64,000 bases of DNA from an uncultured Planctomycetales bacterium (GTDB taxonomy: Bacteria > Omnitrophota > Gorgyraeia > Zapsychrales > JANLHA01). The position numbers and the translations under genes are program-made. Shown one piece after another: positions 25,068 through 34,382 of this stretch. Location: assembly GCA_964450385.1 (NCBI GenBank), contig CAYVEC010000010.1, positions 1,722-65,721 on the forward strand. Reading direction: 5' to 3'. The first letter of the stretch is position 1. The number at the start of each line of letters is the position of its first letter. The notes beneath the pieces are model-generated. The model searched no databases. It worked only from the letters and a program-made list of their open reading frames with translations, and had not been told where the DNA came from.

Positions 25068-25113
25068 TCCCGCCGCGCGCGGGGATGCTCCCGGGGGCCG
25101 GCCTGGCAGGCTG

Positions 25114-26160
25114 ATGTTTGATTGTACCCTTCCGATGTTGGCGGCCTATCTTAAAGAGACCGGGCAGCCGTCGTTCCGTGCCCGTCAGATTTTCGAATGG
25201 ATCTATCAGAAGAATGCGATTTCGTTTGATGAGATGACGAACATCCCAGCGGCCTTGCGTGAGCAGCTCGCCGGCGATTTTGAGATGGCGCTTTCGGACC
25301 CTGCGGAGACCTCACGATCGGCTGACGGGGTTGTGAAGTTCCTATATTGCTGCCGGGACGGGGAGCGGATCGAAACCGTTGTGATCCCGACGGACACGCG
25401 GGTCACGGTCTGCGTGTCCACCCAGGCGGGATGCAAATTTGGATGCGGGTTTTGCGCGAGCGGTATCGGCGGCTGGCGGCGTCATTTAACCTCCGGCGAA
25501 ATCATTGCCCAACTGCTGTTGGCCCGGAGGATCACCGGTGTCGATCGGATCAGCCATGTCGTCTTTATGGGGACCGGAGAGCCGCTTGAAAATCTCGAGG
25601 CGGTTCTCCCCGCGATCGAGATCATGAATGATCCGCAGGGGCTCCATATCGCGGCCCGCCGGATCACGATCTCGACATGCGGGATCATTCCCAAGATCAA
25701 GGAGTTCGCCGGCTTCGGCCGTCAGGTGGAGCTCGCGGTCTCGCTGCACGGATTTGATGACCGTTCCCGCGGAGCGCTCATGCCGGTCAATACGGTGTAT
25801 CCCCTAAAAGAGCTTGTGGCTGCCTGCCGTGAGTACACGCGCGGCACGGGTCGGCAGATCACGTTTGAGTATATCGTCATTCCGGGGGTGACCCTCTGTC
25901 CGGAGGCGCCGGCGGCCCTGGCGCGGCTTCTGAGGGGGATCACGTGCAAGATAAATCTCATCGCGTATAACCGGGTGGAGGAGTTTGATTATGATCCTCC
26001 GTCGGAACAAGAGGTGCGGGAATTCTGCCGCCGGCTCAAACAGGCCGGTGTGCACGCCACGGTCCGGGTGTCGCGGGGACAGGGGGTGGCAGGGGCATGC
26101 GGTCAGCTGCGTCATCAGCGGCCGCGGGACGAAAGGGGACGACATGAGACAGGGGCGTAG
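25114..26160 (+). CDS. rlmN: 23S rRNA/tRNA m2A methyltransferase RlmN (radical SAM)
   Basis: FRARQIFEWIYQK, radical-SAM cysteine cluster CKFGCGFCASG. ATG at 25114. The track ORF starts further upstream, overlapping accA. Confidence 0.9.
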   Translation: MFDCTLPMLAAYLKETGQPSFRARQIFEWIYQKNAISFDEMTNIPAALREQLAGDFEMALSDPAETSRSADGVVKFLYCCRDGERIETVVIPTDTRVTVCVSTQAGCKFGCGFCASGIGGWRRHLTSGEIIAQLLLARRITGVDRISHVVFMGTGEPLENLEAVLPAIEIMNDPQGLHIAARRITISTCGIIPKIKEFAGFGRQVELAVSLHGFDDRSRGALMPVNTVYPLKELVAACREYTRGTGRQITFEYIVIPGVTLCPEAPAALARLLRGITCKINLIAYNRVEEFDYDPPSEQEVREFCRRLKQAGVHATVRVSRGQGVAGACGQLRHQRPRDERGRHETGA

Positions 26161-27727
26161 GATTCATTATTGGCTGTTGGGGTCTGCGGCGGTCTTGGTG
26201 TTCGGGCAGACCGTTACCTTTGGGATCTTGCCTGAAGAGATGTCTCTCTTTTTTGAATGGGGCCTGCTCAACAGCCTGACGAATATCCTTAAATTTTTTG
26301 TTCATGTGGTGCCGCCGCCGGTCATTGTTTATGGCTACACGCCTCTTCGAACACTCCTCATGGCGATGATGCGTGTCAATATCGGAGACATGTGGATGCT
26401 GTATCACGCGGCGGCCTTGGTTGTCCATATTGTCGGGGTCATGGCCGTGTATCGGCTGGGCCTGCGGTTTCTTCAGGACAGCCGCCGGGCGTTCTTTGCG
26501 GGTCTTTTATTCGCTGTTCACCCTCTGCATGTCGGGGCCGTCGGCTCGATCGCGGGGTCGTTCGACCTCATCGGTATGACGATGATGATGTGGGCCCTGG
26601 AACGGTATGTCGTCTACCGCCGGGACGGTGTCCGATCGGCCCGCGTGATGATGTATGTCTTATCGGCCGCGGCGATGCTGATCAGCGAGGCGACCCTGAT
26701 GTTCCCATTGATCCTCTTGGTTTATGAGCTCTATCATCCGTATCCTCATCGCCGGCTCCGCGATGTCGTCTATTTTGGGTTGATCGCCGTTGTTTATCTC
26801 GCGCTCCGCCAGACTCTGGCGGTTGCCCCGGCCCTGCCGGTTGTCTCGTGGCCGGGTTCGCTCGTCATGGTGATCGAAGGGGTGTGGATGTTTCTCGGTA
26901 TGATCTCCTCGATGTATATGACACCGAGCCTGGTCTATATCTGGTTTGTGATCTTTTTGTTCCTTGCTGTCATGGCCTATCTGAACCGCCGGGGCGTCCA
27001 TCGGGAAGAGGCCTATATGTTGTCAAATTCTTTTGTCTGGATGACGATCGGCCTGCTTCCGGTCCTCGTGTGTGTCCGGTGGCCGGTGTATCTGTATTCG
27101 CGGTATCTGTATTTTGCGTGCTTTGCCTGGAGTCTTTTTGTTGTCTTGGTTGTGTTTAAAAAAGTTCCTGAGGGAGAATGCGCGATTAAGGCTGACGGCA
27201 TCGTAAGTATTGTCGGGGTGTCGCTTGTGATTGGGCTCTATAGTGTGGCCGCGGTGTATAACCTCGGGTTTTTTAAAAACAGCGTCGCGTTTTATGAGCA
27301 GTTAGTGCGGCTCAATCCGCTGCGCACGGATTTTCATTTGACTCTGGGCGGGCAATATTTGCGTCAGGGCCAGTTCGACCGGGCGATTGCCCAGTATCAG
27401 ACAGCGTCGAAGATCAATCCATCTGATCCGGCGATCTACTTTGCGATGGAGCCGGCCTATCGCAACCAAGAGCGGTGGACTGAGGCTGAGGCGGCGCTTC
27501 AGACGGCGATCGGCCTGCGGCCTGATTTCGCGGAGGCGCATTATAATTTAGCGGTGCTCTACGCGTATTTGGGTAACGAGCCGGGCGTCTCACGCCACCT
27601 CGGTGAGGCGACCCGTCTTTGGACGGCGCAAGGAAAAGTGGTGGAGGCGGCAGAGGCCGAGGATGCCGTGGCCGGGTTTATGATCGAAATTCAAAAGGAA
27701 CGCGAACGGCAACGCGCGAGCGATTGA
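26144..27727 (+). CDS. TMTC-like membrane protein (DUF1736-type FAVHPLHVxAV motif) with C-terminal TPR repeats
   Basis: About 11 TM helices. Motif FAVHPLHVGAVGSIAGSFDLIG. C-terminal TPR repeats (YFAMEPAYRNQERWTEAEAALQTAIGLRPDFAEAHYNLAVLYAY). ATG at 26144 after AAAGGGGA. Confidence 0.7.
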   Translation: MRQGRRIHYWLLGSAAVLVFGQTVTFGILPEEMSLFFEWGLLNSLTNILKFFVHVVPPPVIVYGYTPLRTLLMAMMRVNIGDMWMLYHAAALVVHIVGVMAVYRLGLRFLQDSRRAFFAGLLFAVHPLHVGAVGSIAGSFDLIGMTMMMWALERYVVYRRDGVRSARVMMYVLSAAAMLISEATLMFPLILLVYELYHPYPHRRLRDVVYFGLIAVVYLALRQTLAVAPALPVVSWPGSLVMVIEGVWMFLGMISSMYMTPSLVYIWFVIFLFLAVMAYLNRRGVHREEAYMLSNSFVWMTIGLLPVLVCVRWPVYLYSRYLYFACFAWSLFVVLVVFKKVPEGECAIKADGIVSIVGVSLVIGLYSVAAVYNLGFFKNSVAFYEQLVRLNPLRTDFHLTLGGQYLRQGQFDRAIAQYQTASKINPSDPAIYFAMEPAYRNQERWTEAEAALQTAIGLRPDFAEAHYNLAVLYAYLGNEPGVSRHLGEATRLWTAQGKVVEAAEAEDAVAGFMIEIQKERERQRASD

Positions 27728-27796
27728 TGGGGCTCGGGATCTCGATGAGATTGGGGTGTGTCAAGGAGGCGTGGGATGCCCACTGGTGAAAAAAAG

Positions 27797-27880
27797 TGCT
27801 GGAGGTGGGAGTCGAACCCACGCGTCCGGGAGGACACTGGTTTTTGAGACCAGCGCGTATACCAATTCCGCCACTCCAGC
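27797..27880 (-). tRNA. tRNA-Leu (anticodon CAA), type II with long variable arm, no encoded CCA
   Basis: Reverse complement folds as acceptor GCUGGAG/CUCCAGC, anticodon arm CUGGU-CUCAAAA-ACCAG (U33, CAA, A37), variable arm GUCC-UCCC-GGAC, T arm GUGGG-UUCGACU-CCCAC. Confidence 0.8.
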
Positions 27881-28011
27881 AGGAAGATCGTGTTTTCCGG
27901 ACCGGATCACCTTTCGGTCCTTCATGCGGTTAACGGAAATCATCAAAAGAACAGATATTAATAAACGGCGCCTTCTGTGTCAGGCCGCCGGGCTTTTATT
28001 ATGAGGAAAAG

Positions 28012-28087
28012 TGGTGGAGCCGAAGGGATTCGAACCCACGACCTCTTGAATGCCATTCAAGCACTCTCCCAGCTGAGCTACGGCCCC
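28012..28087 (-). tRNA. tRNA-Ala (anticodon GGC) with G3:U70 identity pair and encoded CCA
   Basis: Reverse complement GGGGCCGUAGCUCAGCUGGGAGAGUGCUUGAAUGGCAUUCAAGAGGUCGUGGGUUCGAAUCCCUUCGGCUCCACCA. Anticodon loop AUGGCAU. One U:U mismatch in the T stem. Confidence 0.75.
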
Positions 28088-28148
28088 ACGATATGCTGAG
28101 ATTGGCAAATTGTATCAGAGGCCATAGTATTTGTCAATTCGTCTTTGA

Positions 28149-28203
28149 TTGTAAACTAAAAAAGCTCAACAAGTTGACAATTAAGGGTCTTCTCGCTATG
28201 ATG
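28149..28203 (+). promoter_or_regulatory. candidate BirA operator (bioO-like imperfect inverted repeat TTGTAAAC-N16-GTTGACAA) overlapping a TTGACA-17-TATGAT promoter
   Basis: Half-sites resemble the E. coli bioO halves TTGTAAACC/GGTTTACAA with similar spacing. The second half-site doubles as the -35 box. Lies immediately upstream of birA. Confidence 0.3.
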
Positions 28204-28224
28204 CGCAAGGAGCCGGGAGGGTGT

Positions 28225-29184
28225 ATGCTCGAGAAGATCATCGAGATGCTACGAAAACAAGAGGGTTTTGTCTCTGGCCAAGAGATGAGCCGTTGTCTCG
28301 GTCTGAGCCGCGCTGCGATCTGGAAATATATTGATGAATTAAGAGGCCTGGGCTATGGTATCACCGCGGTCAAGAACCGGGGGTATTGTCTCGCCGGGAG
28401 CCCGGACGCCTTATTTCCATGGGAAGTGGTCCGCGGCTTGAGTACGAGTTGGCTGGCGCGGGTCTATGAATATTATGATGAGGTCTCGTCCACCATGGAT
28501 ATTGCGGCGGAACGAGCCGGGGCCGGGGCTGTTCACGGCACGGTGATTTGTGCGGATACTCAAACGGTCGGCCGCGGGCGAATGGGCCGGCCCTGGGTTT
28601 CGCCCGCAGGGGCCGGGGTCTACGTCTCGTTGATCCTCCGTCCGGAGATCCCGCTCGTTGATCTGCCTAAAATGACGCTCATGGCCGGGGTCGCCGTCGC
28701 GGAGGCGATCGCTGATGTGTCCGGCCTTGAGCCTGAGATCAAGTGGCCGAATGATCTTCTCGTATCAGGAAAAAAATGCGCGGGGATCCTCACGGAAATG
28801 AGGGCCCAGTCTGAGCGTGTGGATTTTTTTATCATCGGGATTGGCGTGAATGTTCATGGGGCGGAAGCCGGGCTGCCGGCCGGGGCGGTTTCGTTGAGTG
28901 AGGCGAGCGGGCGAACGGTCTCGCGGGTCGTCTTATTTCAGCGGATGATGGCGGCCCTTGAGGGGTGGTACGGGCGCGTCTGTGAGCAGGGGTTTGATGA
29001 GGTCATGGAGACATGGCGGAAAAAGGCTCGTCTCTGGGGCCGGCGGGTCCGGGTGGACACGGGTCAGGGACCGTTTGAGGCCGTGGCGGAAAGCCTTGCC
29101 GGTGATGGGGCCCTTGTGGTTCGATGCGATGACGGGGCCGTGAAAAAGATCTATTCTGGGGATGTGGTGAAGGTGCTTCGTTGA
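28225..29184 (+). CDS. birA: bifunctional biotin-[acetyl-CoA-carboxylase] ligase / biotin operon repressor
   Basis: N-terminal HTH (LSRAAIWKYIDELRGLGYGI), ligase core GRGRMGRPW, KWPNDLL. ATG at 28225 (the track ORF begins at 28093, just downstream of tRNA-Ala). Confidence 0.85.
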   Translation: MLEKIIEMLRKQEGFVSGQEMSRCLGLSRAAIWKYIDELRGLGYGITAVKNRGYCLAGSPDALFPWEVVRGLSTSWLARVYEYYDEVSSTMDIAAERAGAGAVHGTVICADTQTVGRGRMGRPWVSPAGAGVYVSLILRPEIPLVDLPKMTLMAGVAVAEAIADVSGLEPEIKWPNDLLVSGKKCAGILTEMRAQSERVDFFIIGIGVNVHGAEAGLPAGAVSLSEASGRTVSRVVLFQRMMAALEGWYGRVCEQGFDEVMETWRKKARLWGRRVRVDTGQGPFEAVAESLAGDGALVVRCDDGAVKKIYSGDVVKVLR

Positions 29185-29194
29185 GGAGAACGGG

Positions 29195-30031
29195 ATGGCG
29201 GAGATCGAGATCGGGGACATCCGATGGCATTATGTCTGTGAGGGAGAGCGAGGGCCGTGGATGGTCTTTCTTCACGGATGGGGCGCGGACCTTCGGGTCT
29301 GGCGTCAGCAGGTCCGGGCCTTTCAGGGGGAGTATCGCATCGTGTGCGTTGATCTTCCGGGTCATGGCGAGACATCCTGGCAGGCGGTGTCGTTTGAAGA
29401 ACTCGGCCGAGGGGTGTGGGACCTGCTCCGTCGATTAAGCGCGGATCGTGTTCATCTGGTCGGGAGTTCAATGGGCGGGCTGGTCGCGCTCCAGATGTAT
29501 AGCCTGGCTCCGGAACGCGTGGCGTCGTTGGTCCTTACGGGCTCAGCCCCGCGGTTATGCCGGACCACGGGATATCCGTTTGGGCTCGGGGAGCAGAGGG
29601 TGCTTAAGCTCACCGAGGCGCTGAAGAAGAATTATCCGCGATCCGTGGGCCGTTTTTTTGTTTCGCTGTTTAGCCGGGCGGAACGGGAAAGCCTGGTCTA
29701 TCGATGGTTGCGGCGGTTTAAAAGTTCAGAGGGGTTTGCCTCGGTTGAGGTCTTGGCGCATTTCTTTGTTCTTCTTCAGACCGCGGATTTTCGTCCGATG
29801 CTGCCCGCGATTACGGCCCCGGTGCTCGTGATCAACGGGGACCTTGATATTGTCTGCCCGCCGGGAGTGATGGACGTCTTTCGGGCGGGGGTCCCGTCGG
29901 CGCGGTGTGAGATCTTTAAGGACTGCGGACATTTTCCGTTCTTGGTGTATGCGAGGGCGTTCAATGACGCTCTTGAGGTTTTTTTGCGTGATTCGACCGG
30001 AGGATCGGAGGGGTGCGGCGATGGGCGGTGA
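29195..30031 (+). CDS. alpha/beta hydrolase, BioH-like (candidate pimeloyl-ACP methyl ester esterase)
   Basis: FLHGWGADLRVWRQQ...VDLPGHGETS and nucleophile elbow GSSMGG, resembling E. coli BioH. Adjacent to birA. Confidence 0.55.
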   Translation: MAEIEIGDIRWHYVCEGERGPWMVFLHGWGADLRVWRQQVRAFQGEYRIVCVDLPGHGETSWQAVSFEELGRGVWDLLRRLSADRVHLVGSSMGGLVALQMYSLAPERVASLVLTGSAPRLCRTTGYPFGLGEQRVLKLTEALKKNYPRSVGRFFVSLFSRAERESLVYRWLRRFKSSEGFASVEVLAHFFVLLQTADFRPMLPAITAPVLVINGDLDIVCPPGVMDVFRAGVPSARCEIFKDCGHFPFLVYARAFNDALEVFLRDSTGGSEGCGDGR

Positions 30032-31115
30032 GATGGCGGCGGGCCGTATCTGTGTCGCCTTGAGCGGTGGGGTGGACTCGGCGGTGGCGGCCCTTCTTTT
30101 AAAGCAGGCGGGGCATGAGGTTATTGGGGTCACGATGTCGCTCGCGGGGTTTGGAATCGAAACGGAACGCAGAGCGGCATCGGTCGCCGCGGCGCGGGCG
30201 GTTGCAGAATATCTGGAGATCCCTTTTGTGGTCGCGGATGTTGATGAGGCGGCCCGGACCCAGGTGATCGGGAATTTTATTGAGGAGTATACGAGCGGAC
30301 GCACGCCGAATCCCTGTGTTCGCTGTAATACCTGGGTAAAATTTGACGCCTTGTTCAGGCAGGCTGAGGCCTTGGGCGCCGACGGGTTGGCCACAGGACA
30401 TTATGCGCGGATCCTCGGGGACCCGAGTTCCGGATGGGGTCTTTATAAAGCCAAAGATGCCCAGAAGGACCAGTCGTATTTTTTATATGGGATCGCGCGA
30501 GAGCGCTTGGGCCGGATTCGGTTCCCTCTTGGGGACCTCACGAAGGCAGAGGTGCGGGCGATCGCGGCCGAAGCCGGGCTGCCTTCAGCGGATCGGGCCG
30601 AAAGTCAGGACATCTGTTTTGTTCGCGATGGAGGATACCAGGATTTTTTGAGACGGCATGCGGGGGAGGGGGCCTTCCGGCCTGGTCCGTTCTTGGATCA
30701 TAAGGGTCAGCGGGTCGGGGATCACAAAGGGATCGGGCAGTATACGATCGGTCAGCGTGAGGGTCTGGGCCTGGCCTTGGGATATCCGACGTATGTGTAC
30801 GCGATCGACGTGGAACAGAATACGGTTTATGTGGGGCCGCGTGAGCGCCTCGTGACGCGCGGGCTTGTCGCGTCGGGATGCCGGCTGCTTTATGGCGAGT
30901 TGGCCGAGCAGGGGCTGGACGTGGAGGCGTGTATTCGTTATAATGCCAGGGCTGTTCCGGCGCGGGTGCGTCCGGTCAGCGAAGGGGAGGTCGAGGTCGT
31001 TTTTTCGGAGCCTCAGTATGCGGTCACGCCGGGGCAGTCTGTTGTCTTTTATCAGGGCGACCGGCTGTTGGGCGGGGCGGTGATCGAGGCGGCCTTGGGG
31101 AACAGCGAGACGTGA
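30021..31115 (+). CDS. mnmA: tRNA-specific 2-thiouridylase MnmA
   Basis: PP-loop ICVALSGGVDSAV, CVRCN, C-terminal MnmA domain. ATG at 30021 after GGAGGGG. Confidence 0.9.
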   Translation: MGGEMAAGRICVALSGGVDSAVAALLLKQAGHEVIGVTMSLAGFGIETERRAASVAAARAVAEYLEIPFVVADVDEAARTQVIGNFIEEYTSGRTPNPCVRCNTWVKFDALFRQAEALGADGLATGHYARILGDPSSGWGLYKAKDAQKDQSYFLYGIARERLGRIRFPLGDLTKAEVRAIAAEAGLPSADRAESQDICFVRDGGYQDFLRRHAGEGAFRPGPFLDHKGQRVGDHKGIGQYTIGQREGLGLALGYPTYVYAIDVEQNTVYVGPRERLVTRGLVASGCRLLYGELAEQGLDVEACIRYNARAVPARVRPVSEGEVEVVFSEPQYAVTPGQSVVFYQGDRLLGGAVIEAALGNSET

Positions 31116-31134
31116 GGGAGAAAGGAATCGGTCT

Positions 31135-32409
31135 ATGGGGATCGTCGTGCATCAGGAAAATTTGAAGGGGTATATTGACTCAACGGACCTGGAGGGGTTA
31201 GGCTCCCGGGTCGAGGCCGCTCATCGGTCCCTGGAAGCCCGGACAGGCGCCGGCGCCGAATATACGGGGTGGCTGCATCTGCCGTCGTCGATCGATGACG
31301 CCTTCTTGGATGAGCTCGTGATGTTGGGCAAGGAGGTCCGCGCGCAGTCGGATTGTCTCGTGAGCATTGGGATCGGGGGGTCCTATCTGGGGATTCGTTC
31401 GACGATCGAGTTCCTTCGCGATGAGGCGGCTCTTCCTGTCTATTATGCCGGCCATCATATGAGCGCCGATTATATGAACAGCCTCATGCGCGAACTCAAG
31501 GACAAGCGGGTGACCGTTGTTGTGATCTCGAAATCAGGGACAACGACGGAGCCGGCCCTGGCCTTTCGTCTTTTGAAAAAGATGATGGAGGAAAAATACA
31601 GCGCCCCTGAACTCAAGAACCGGATCATCTGCGTGACGGATGCCGCGCGTGGGGCCTTGCGGAAGATCGTGGGGCAGAACGGATACCGGAGTTTTGTGAT
31701 CCCCGACGATGTCGGAGGGCGGTTCTCGGTCCTGACCCCGGTCGGCCTTGTGCCGCTCGCGATCGCGGGCATTGACATCAAGGCCCTGGTGGCCGGGGCG
31801 CGCCGCGGGGAGGCCGAATACGGTGTTGCGGCGTTGGGGAAGAACGCGGCCCATCAGTATGCGGCGGCCCGCTATGGCCTTTTTCAGCAGGGCAAGGTGA
31901 TCGAGGTCCTCTCGTCGTTCTATGACAATATGCTTTATGTCCATGAATGGTGGAAACAGTTATACGGTGAGAGCGAGGGCAAAGACGGGAAGGGGATCTT
32001 TCCGGCCTCAATGGTTCTGTCGACGGATCTTCATTCAATGGGCCAGCTCATGCAGGATGGGGTCCGCAATCTGTTCGAGACCTTTATTGATATTGAAAAG
32101 GTCCGGCACACGGTCCGCATCCCCGATGACCCGCAGAATATCGACGGGTTTAACTGTGTCGCGGGCCGCGATCTGGACTTTGTCAATAAACAGGCCTACA
32201 AGGCGACGGCCCAGGCCCATTATGAGGGCGGGGTTCCGAACATGACGATCGGGATCGGAGAGGCAGATGCGGCGCATTTGGGGCAGTTATATTATTTCTT
32301 CGAGAAGGGTGTCGCTGTTTCTGGATATCTGCTTGGGGTGAATCCCTTTGATCAGCCCGGGGTCGAGGCCTACAAAGCGAAAATGTTTTCCCTGATCGGA
32401 AAAAAATGA
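31135..32409 (+). CDS. pgi: glucose-6-phosphate isomerase (short bacterial/archaeal form)
   Basis: 424 aa. SIGIGGSYLG, ISKSGTTTEP, GGRFSVLTPVGL, GESEGKDGKGI motifs. Confidence 0.85.
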   Translation: MGIVVHQENLKGYIDSTDLEGLGSRVEAAHRSLEARTGAGAEYTGWLHLPSSIDDAFLDELVMLGKEVRAQSDCLVSIGIGGSYLGIRSTIEFLRDEAALPVYYAGHHMSADYMNSLMRELKDKRVTVVVISKSGTTTEPALAFRLLKKMMEEKYSAPELKNRIICVTDAARGALRKIVGQNGYRSFVIPDDVGGRFSVLTPVGLVPLAIAGIDIKALVAGARRGEAEYGVAALGKNAAHQYAAARYGLFQQGKVIEVLSSFYDNMLYVHEWWKQLYGESEGKDGKGIFPASMVLSTDLHSMGQLMQDGVRNLFETFIDIEKVRHTVRIPDDPQNIDGFNCVAGRDLDFVNKQAYKATAQAHYEGGVPNMTIGIGEADAAHLGQLYYFFEKGVAVSGYLLGVNPFDQPGVEAYKAKMFSLIGKK

Positions 32410-32517
32410 TCGCGGTGTTCGCCCTGTGTTTTTTGAATATTGAGACAGCGAGAAAATTTTTTGTGATAGAATACACATCGAGACGGCCGGACATCATAAA
32501 CCTGTCTCGCGTGGAAT

Positions 32518-33009
32518 ATGACACATAAAAAGCTCATCGTTATCGGCCTCACCTGTATTTTCATCGCGTTTATCTGCGTCGTCGGGATCCTCTATGTCCT
32601 CTTGGGCCATCAGCAGGTCGCGGACCAGAAGGTCGAGGAACTTCAAAACCATGTGACCGTCTTGAACAGCGAGAAGGAACAGGCCGAATCGAAGATCCAA
32701 GACCTCGCGGCGATCGCGGGGAAGGAGCTCAATCTGACCGTGGATCCTGATACTGTGGCGGATGAGCTTTCTGGAGACCCCGCTCGTCAGGAAGGCGACC
32801 TCTGGATCGACCGCGCCAACGGCTTGTGGGTCATCACCCTGGGGGCGGCCCACCGGATGCAGGAGGGGCAGCGCCTCGTTGTCTATGACGGCAACAACCG
32901 TCAGGGGGTGGCCGTGGTGGAGAAGGTCCTCGATGTGATTTCGTATGTCCAGCCGCTTGAAGATCCGTCCCTCTATACAAAAGATGTCTATCGTGTCATT
33001 TCGTGGTAG
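32518..33009 (+). CDS. membrane-anchored hypothetical protein with coiled-coil segment
   Basis: 163 aa. N-terminal TM helix (LIVIGLTCIFIAFICVVGILYVLL), then a short coiled coil. Confidence 0.5.
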   Translation: MTHKKLIVIGLTCIFIAFICVVGILYVLLGHQQVADQKVEELQNHVTVLNSEKEQAESKIQDLAAIAGKELNLTVDPDTVADELSGDPARQEGDLWIDRANGLWVITLGAAHRMQEGQRLVVYDGNNRQGVAVVEKVLDVISYVQPLEDPSLYTKDVYRVISW

Positions 33010-33045
33010 CGTTATCGATACCGGTATTCAGGAAAGGAGTAGGAT

Positions 33046-33228
33046 ATGGGCCGCTTAGGATGGGGTGAGATCCTGGTTGTGGCAGTGCTGGTCATTCTTT
33101 TGTTCGGCGCAAAGAATTTGCCTAAGATTTTTAAGGCCTGCGGGGAAGGGATCCGGGAATTCAAGAAGGCGATCAAAGATGGCACGGACGGAGATTCAGG
33201 CGGGTCAGGCGCGGGGAGCGGGATATAA
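33046..33228 (+). CDS. tatA: twin-arginine translocase subunit TatA/E
   Basis: 60 aa. N-terminal TM helix, LLFGAKNLPK, amphipathic helix EGIREFKKAI. RBS AAAGGAG upstream. Confidence 0.8.
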   Translation: MGRLGWGEILVVAVLVILLFGAKNLPKIFKACGEGIREFKKAIKDGTDGDSGGSGAGSGI

Positions 33229-33242
33229 CCCGGGATGGCGCG

Positions 33243-33962
33243 ATGGGTGCGATGCCGAGGCGTTCTTACGGGGATCATTGGGGGGTATTGCAGGGGCGAA
33301 TCGTGATGTCGTTCGCTGCGTGGGTGGCGTGTGCCGTCGCTGTTTATCCGCTGACGGATGAGGTGCTGGGGTTCATGATCCGTCCTGTGGAACGGGTCGT
33401 TTTTCTTTATCCTGCCGAGGCCCTCGTCGTGAGGCTTCGATTGGCCGGATGGCTTGGCGCGGCCTTGGCCCTGCCGGTTGTGATGTATCAGGCATGGTCT
33501 TTTGTCGCTGAGGGGCTTCGGCCTGATGAGCGCAAGAACATTGTTACGTGGACCGCGGCTGGAGTGGCGGCTTTTGCCGTCGGGGCGGTCTTTTCGGCGG
33601 GACTTCTTGTCCCTGCCGGGGTTCGTTTTCTCATGGGGTTCGCGTCTGATCGGTTACAGCCCATGATCACGGTGTCCTCGTATTTTTCGTTCTATTGTTC
33701 CTTCGTTTTTTTTACAGGGATTGTTTTTGAGTTTCCAGTCGTCGCCGGGGGGGTGTCGGCCCTCGGACTCGTTCGAAGCGCTCAGCTGAGGGCGGGCCGG
33801 AAGAGCATGATCGTGCTGATTTTTGTCGTCGCGGCCATCTTCACACCGCCGGACGTTGTTTCTCAGATCATGCTGGCCTTGCCGATGTGGTGCGTTTATG
33901 AGATCGGGATCGTGGTTGCGGCCTCGGTCGAGAGACGGCGCCGTTCAAATGTCGAGGCATGA
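33243..33962 (+). CDS. tatC: twin-arginine translocase subunit TatC
   Basis: 239 aa, 6 TM helices. Conserved TatC motifs (FTGIVFEFPVV, IFTPPDVVSQ). Confidence 0.85.
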   Translation: MGAMPRRSYGDHWGVLQGRIVMSFAAWVACAVAVYPLTDEVLGFMIRPVERVVFLYPAEALVVRLRLAGWLGAALALPVVMYQAWSFVAEGLRPDERKNIVTWTAAGVAAFAVGAVFSAGLLVPAGVRFLMGFASDRLQPMITVSSYFSFYCSFVFFTGIVFEFPVVAGGVSALGLVRSAQLRAGRKSMIVLIFVVAAIFTPPDVVSQIMLALPMWCVYEIGIVVAASVERRRRSNVEA

Positions 33963-34064
33963 CGAAAAGGACGGGGGATTTCAGAAAAAAGTATTTGGAA
34001 AAAAATCAAATCAGGATATAATCATGGTGCACATGGCCATTAAAAGAGATGAGGAGGGATTGTC

Positions 34065-34340
34065 ATGAAAATCGATGATTTGAGGGAGCTCTTAAAGAAT
34101 AAAGAAGTCATCGAGGAAATTAATCGACATCTGTGGATCGAGAGTCAGAAAGCGGGCTACAGTATCGGGATTGAACGGGCAACGGATGAATGGCTGTCGC
34201 TTTATGCCGAGGGATGGATGAAGTATCATATGCCCGAAAAGTTTAAGCAGATGCAGGAGCGCAAGAAGCGCGAGGCGGGGAAAGAGAAAAAGGCGAAGGC
34301 CGCGGTCAAGGCCAAGCCGTCGGAGAAGACAAAGAAGTAA
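34065..34340 (+). CDS. small hypothetical protein with lysine-rich C-terminal tail
   Basis: 91 aa. RBS GAGGAGGGA upstream. Tail KKREAGKEKKAKAAVKAKPSEKTKK. Confidence 0.5.
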   Translation: MKIDDLRELLKNKEVIEEINRHLWIESQKAGYSIGIERATDEWLSLYAEGWMKYHMPEKFKQMQERKKREAGKEKKAKAAVKAKPSEKTKK

Positions 34341-34382
34341 ACGAGCGGTAGGGGTTGATTTAGAAAAGGCGGGTGATGGATA

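Noticed and set aside
24964-25113. N-terminal extensions of track ORFs overlapping upstream genes (rlmN 24964, birA 28093, mnmA 29907, purD 50038, nudix 56948, secreted protein 58063, miaA 60309, L,D-transpeptidase 23098)
   Set aside because: Each has an internal ATG or GTG with a proper Shine-Dalgarno sequence that matches the conserved N-terminus of its family, so the shorter starts were preferred.
27756-28004. ORFs 27756..28004 (+) and 27761..27946 (-)
   Set aside because: They overlap the tRNA-Leu gene and the tRNA spacer. The tRNA explanation accounts for the region fully.
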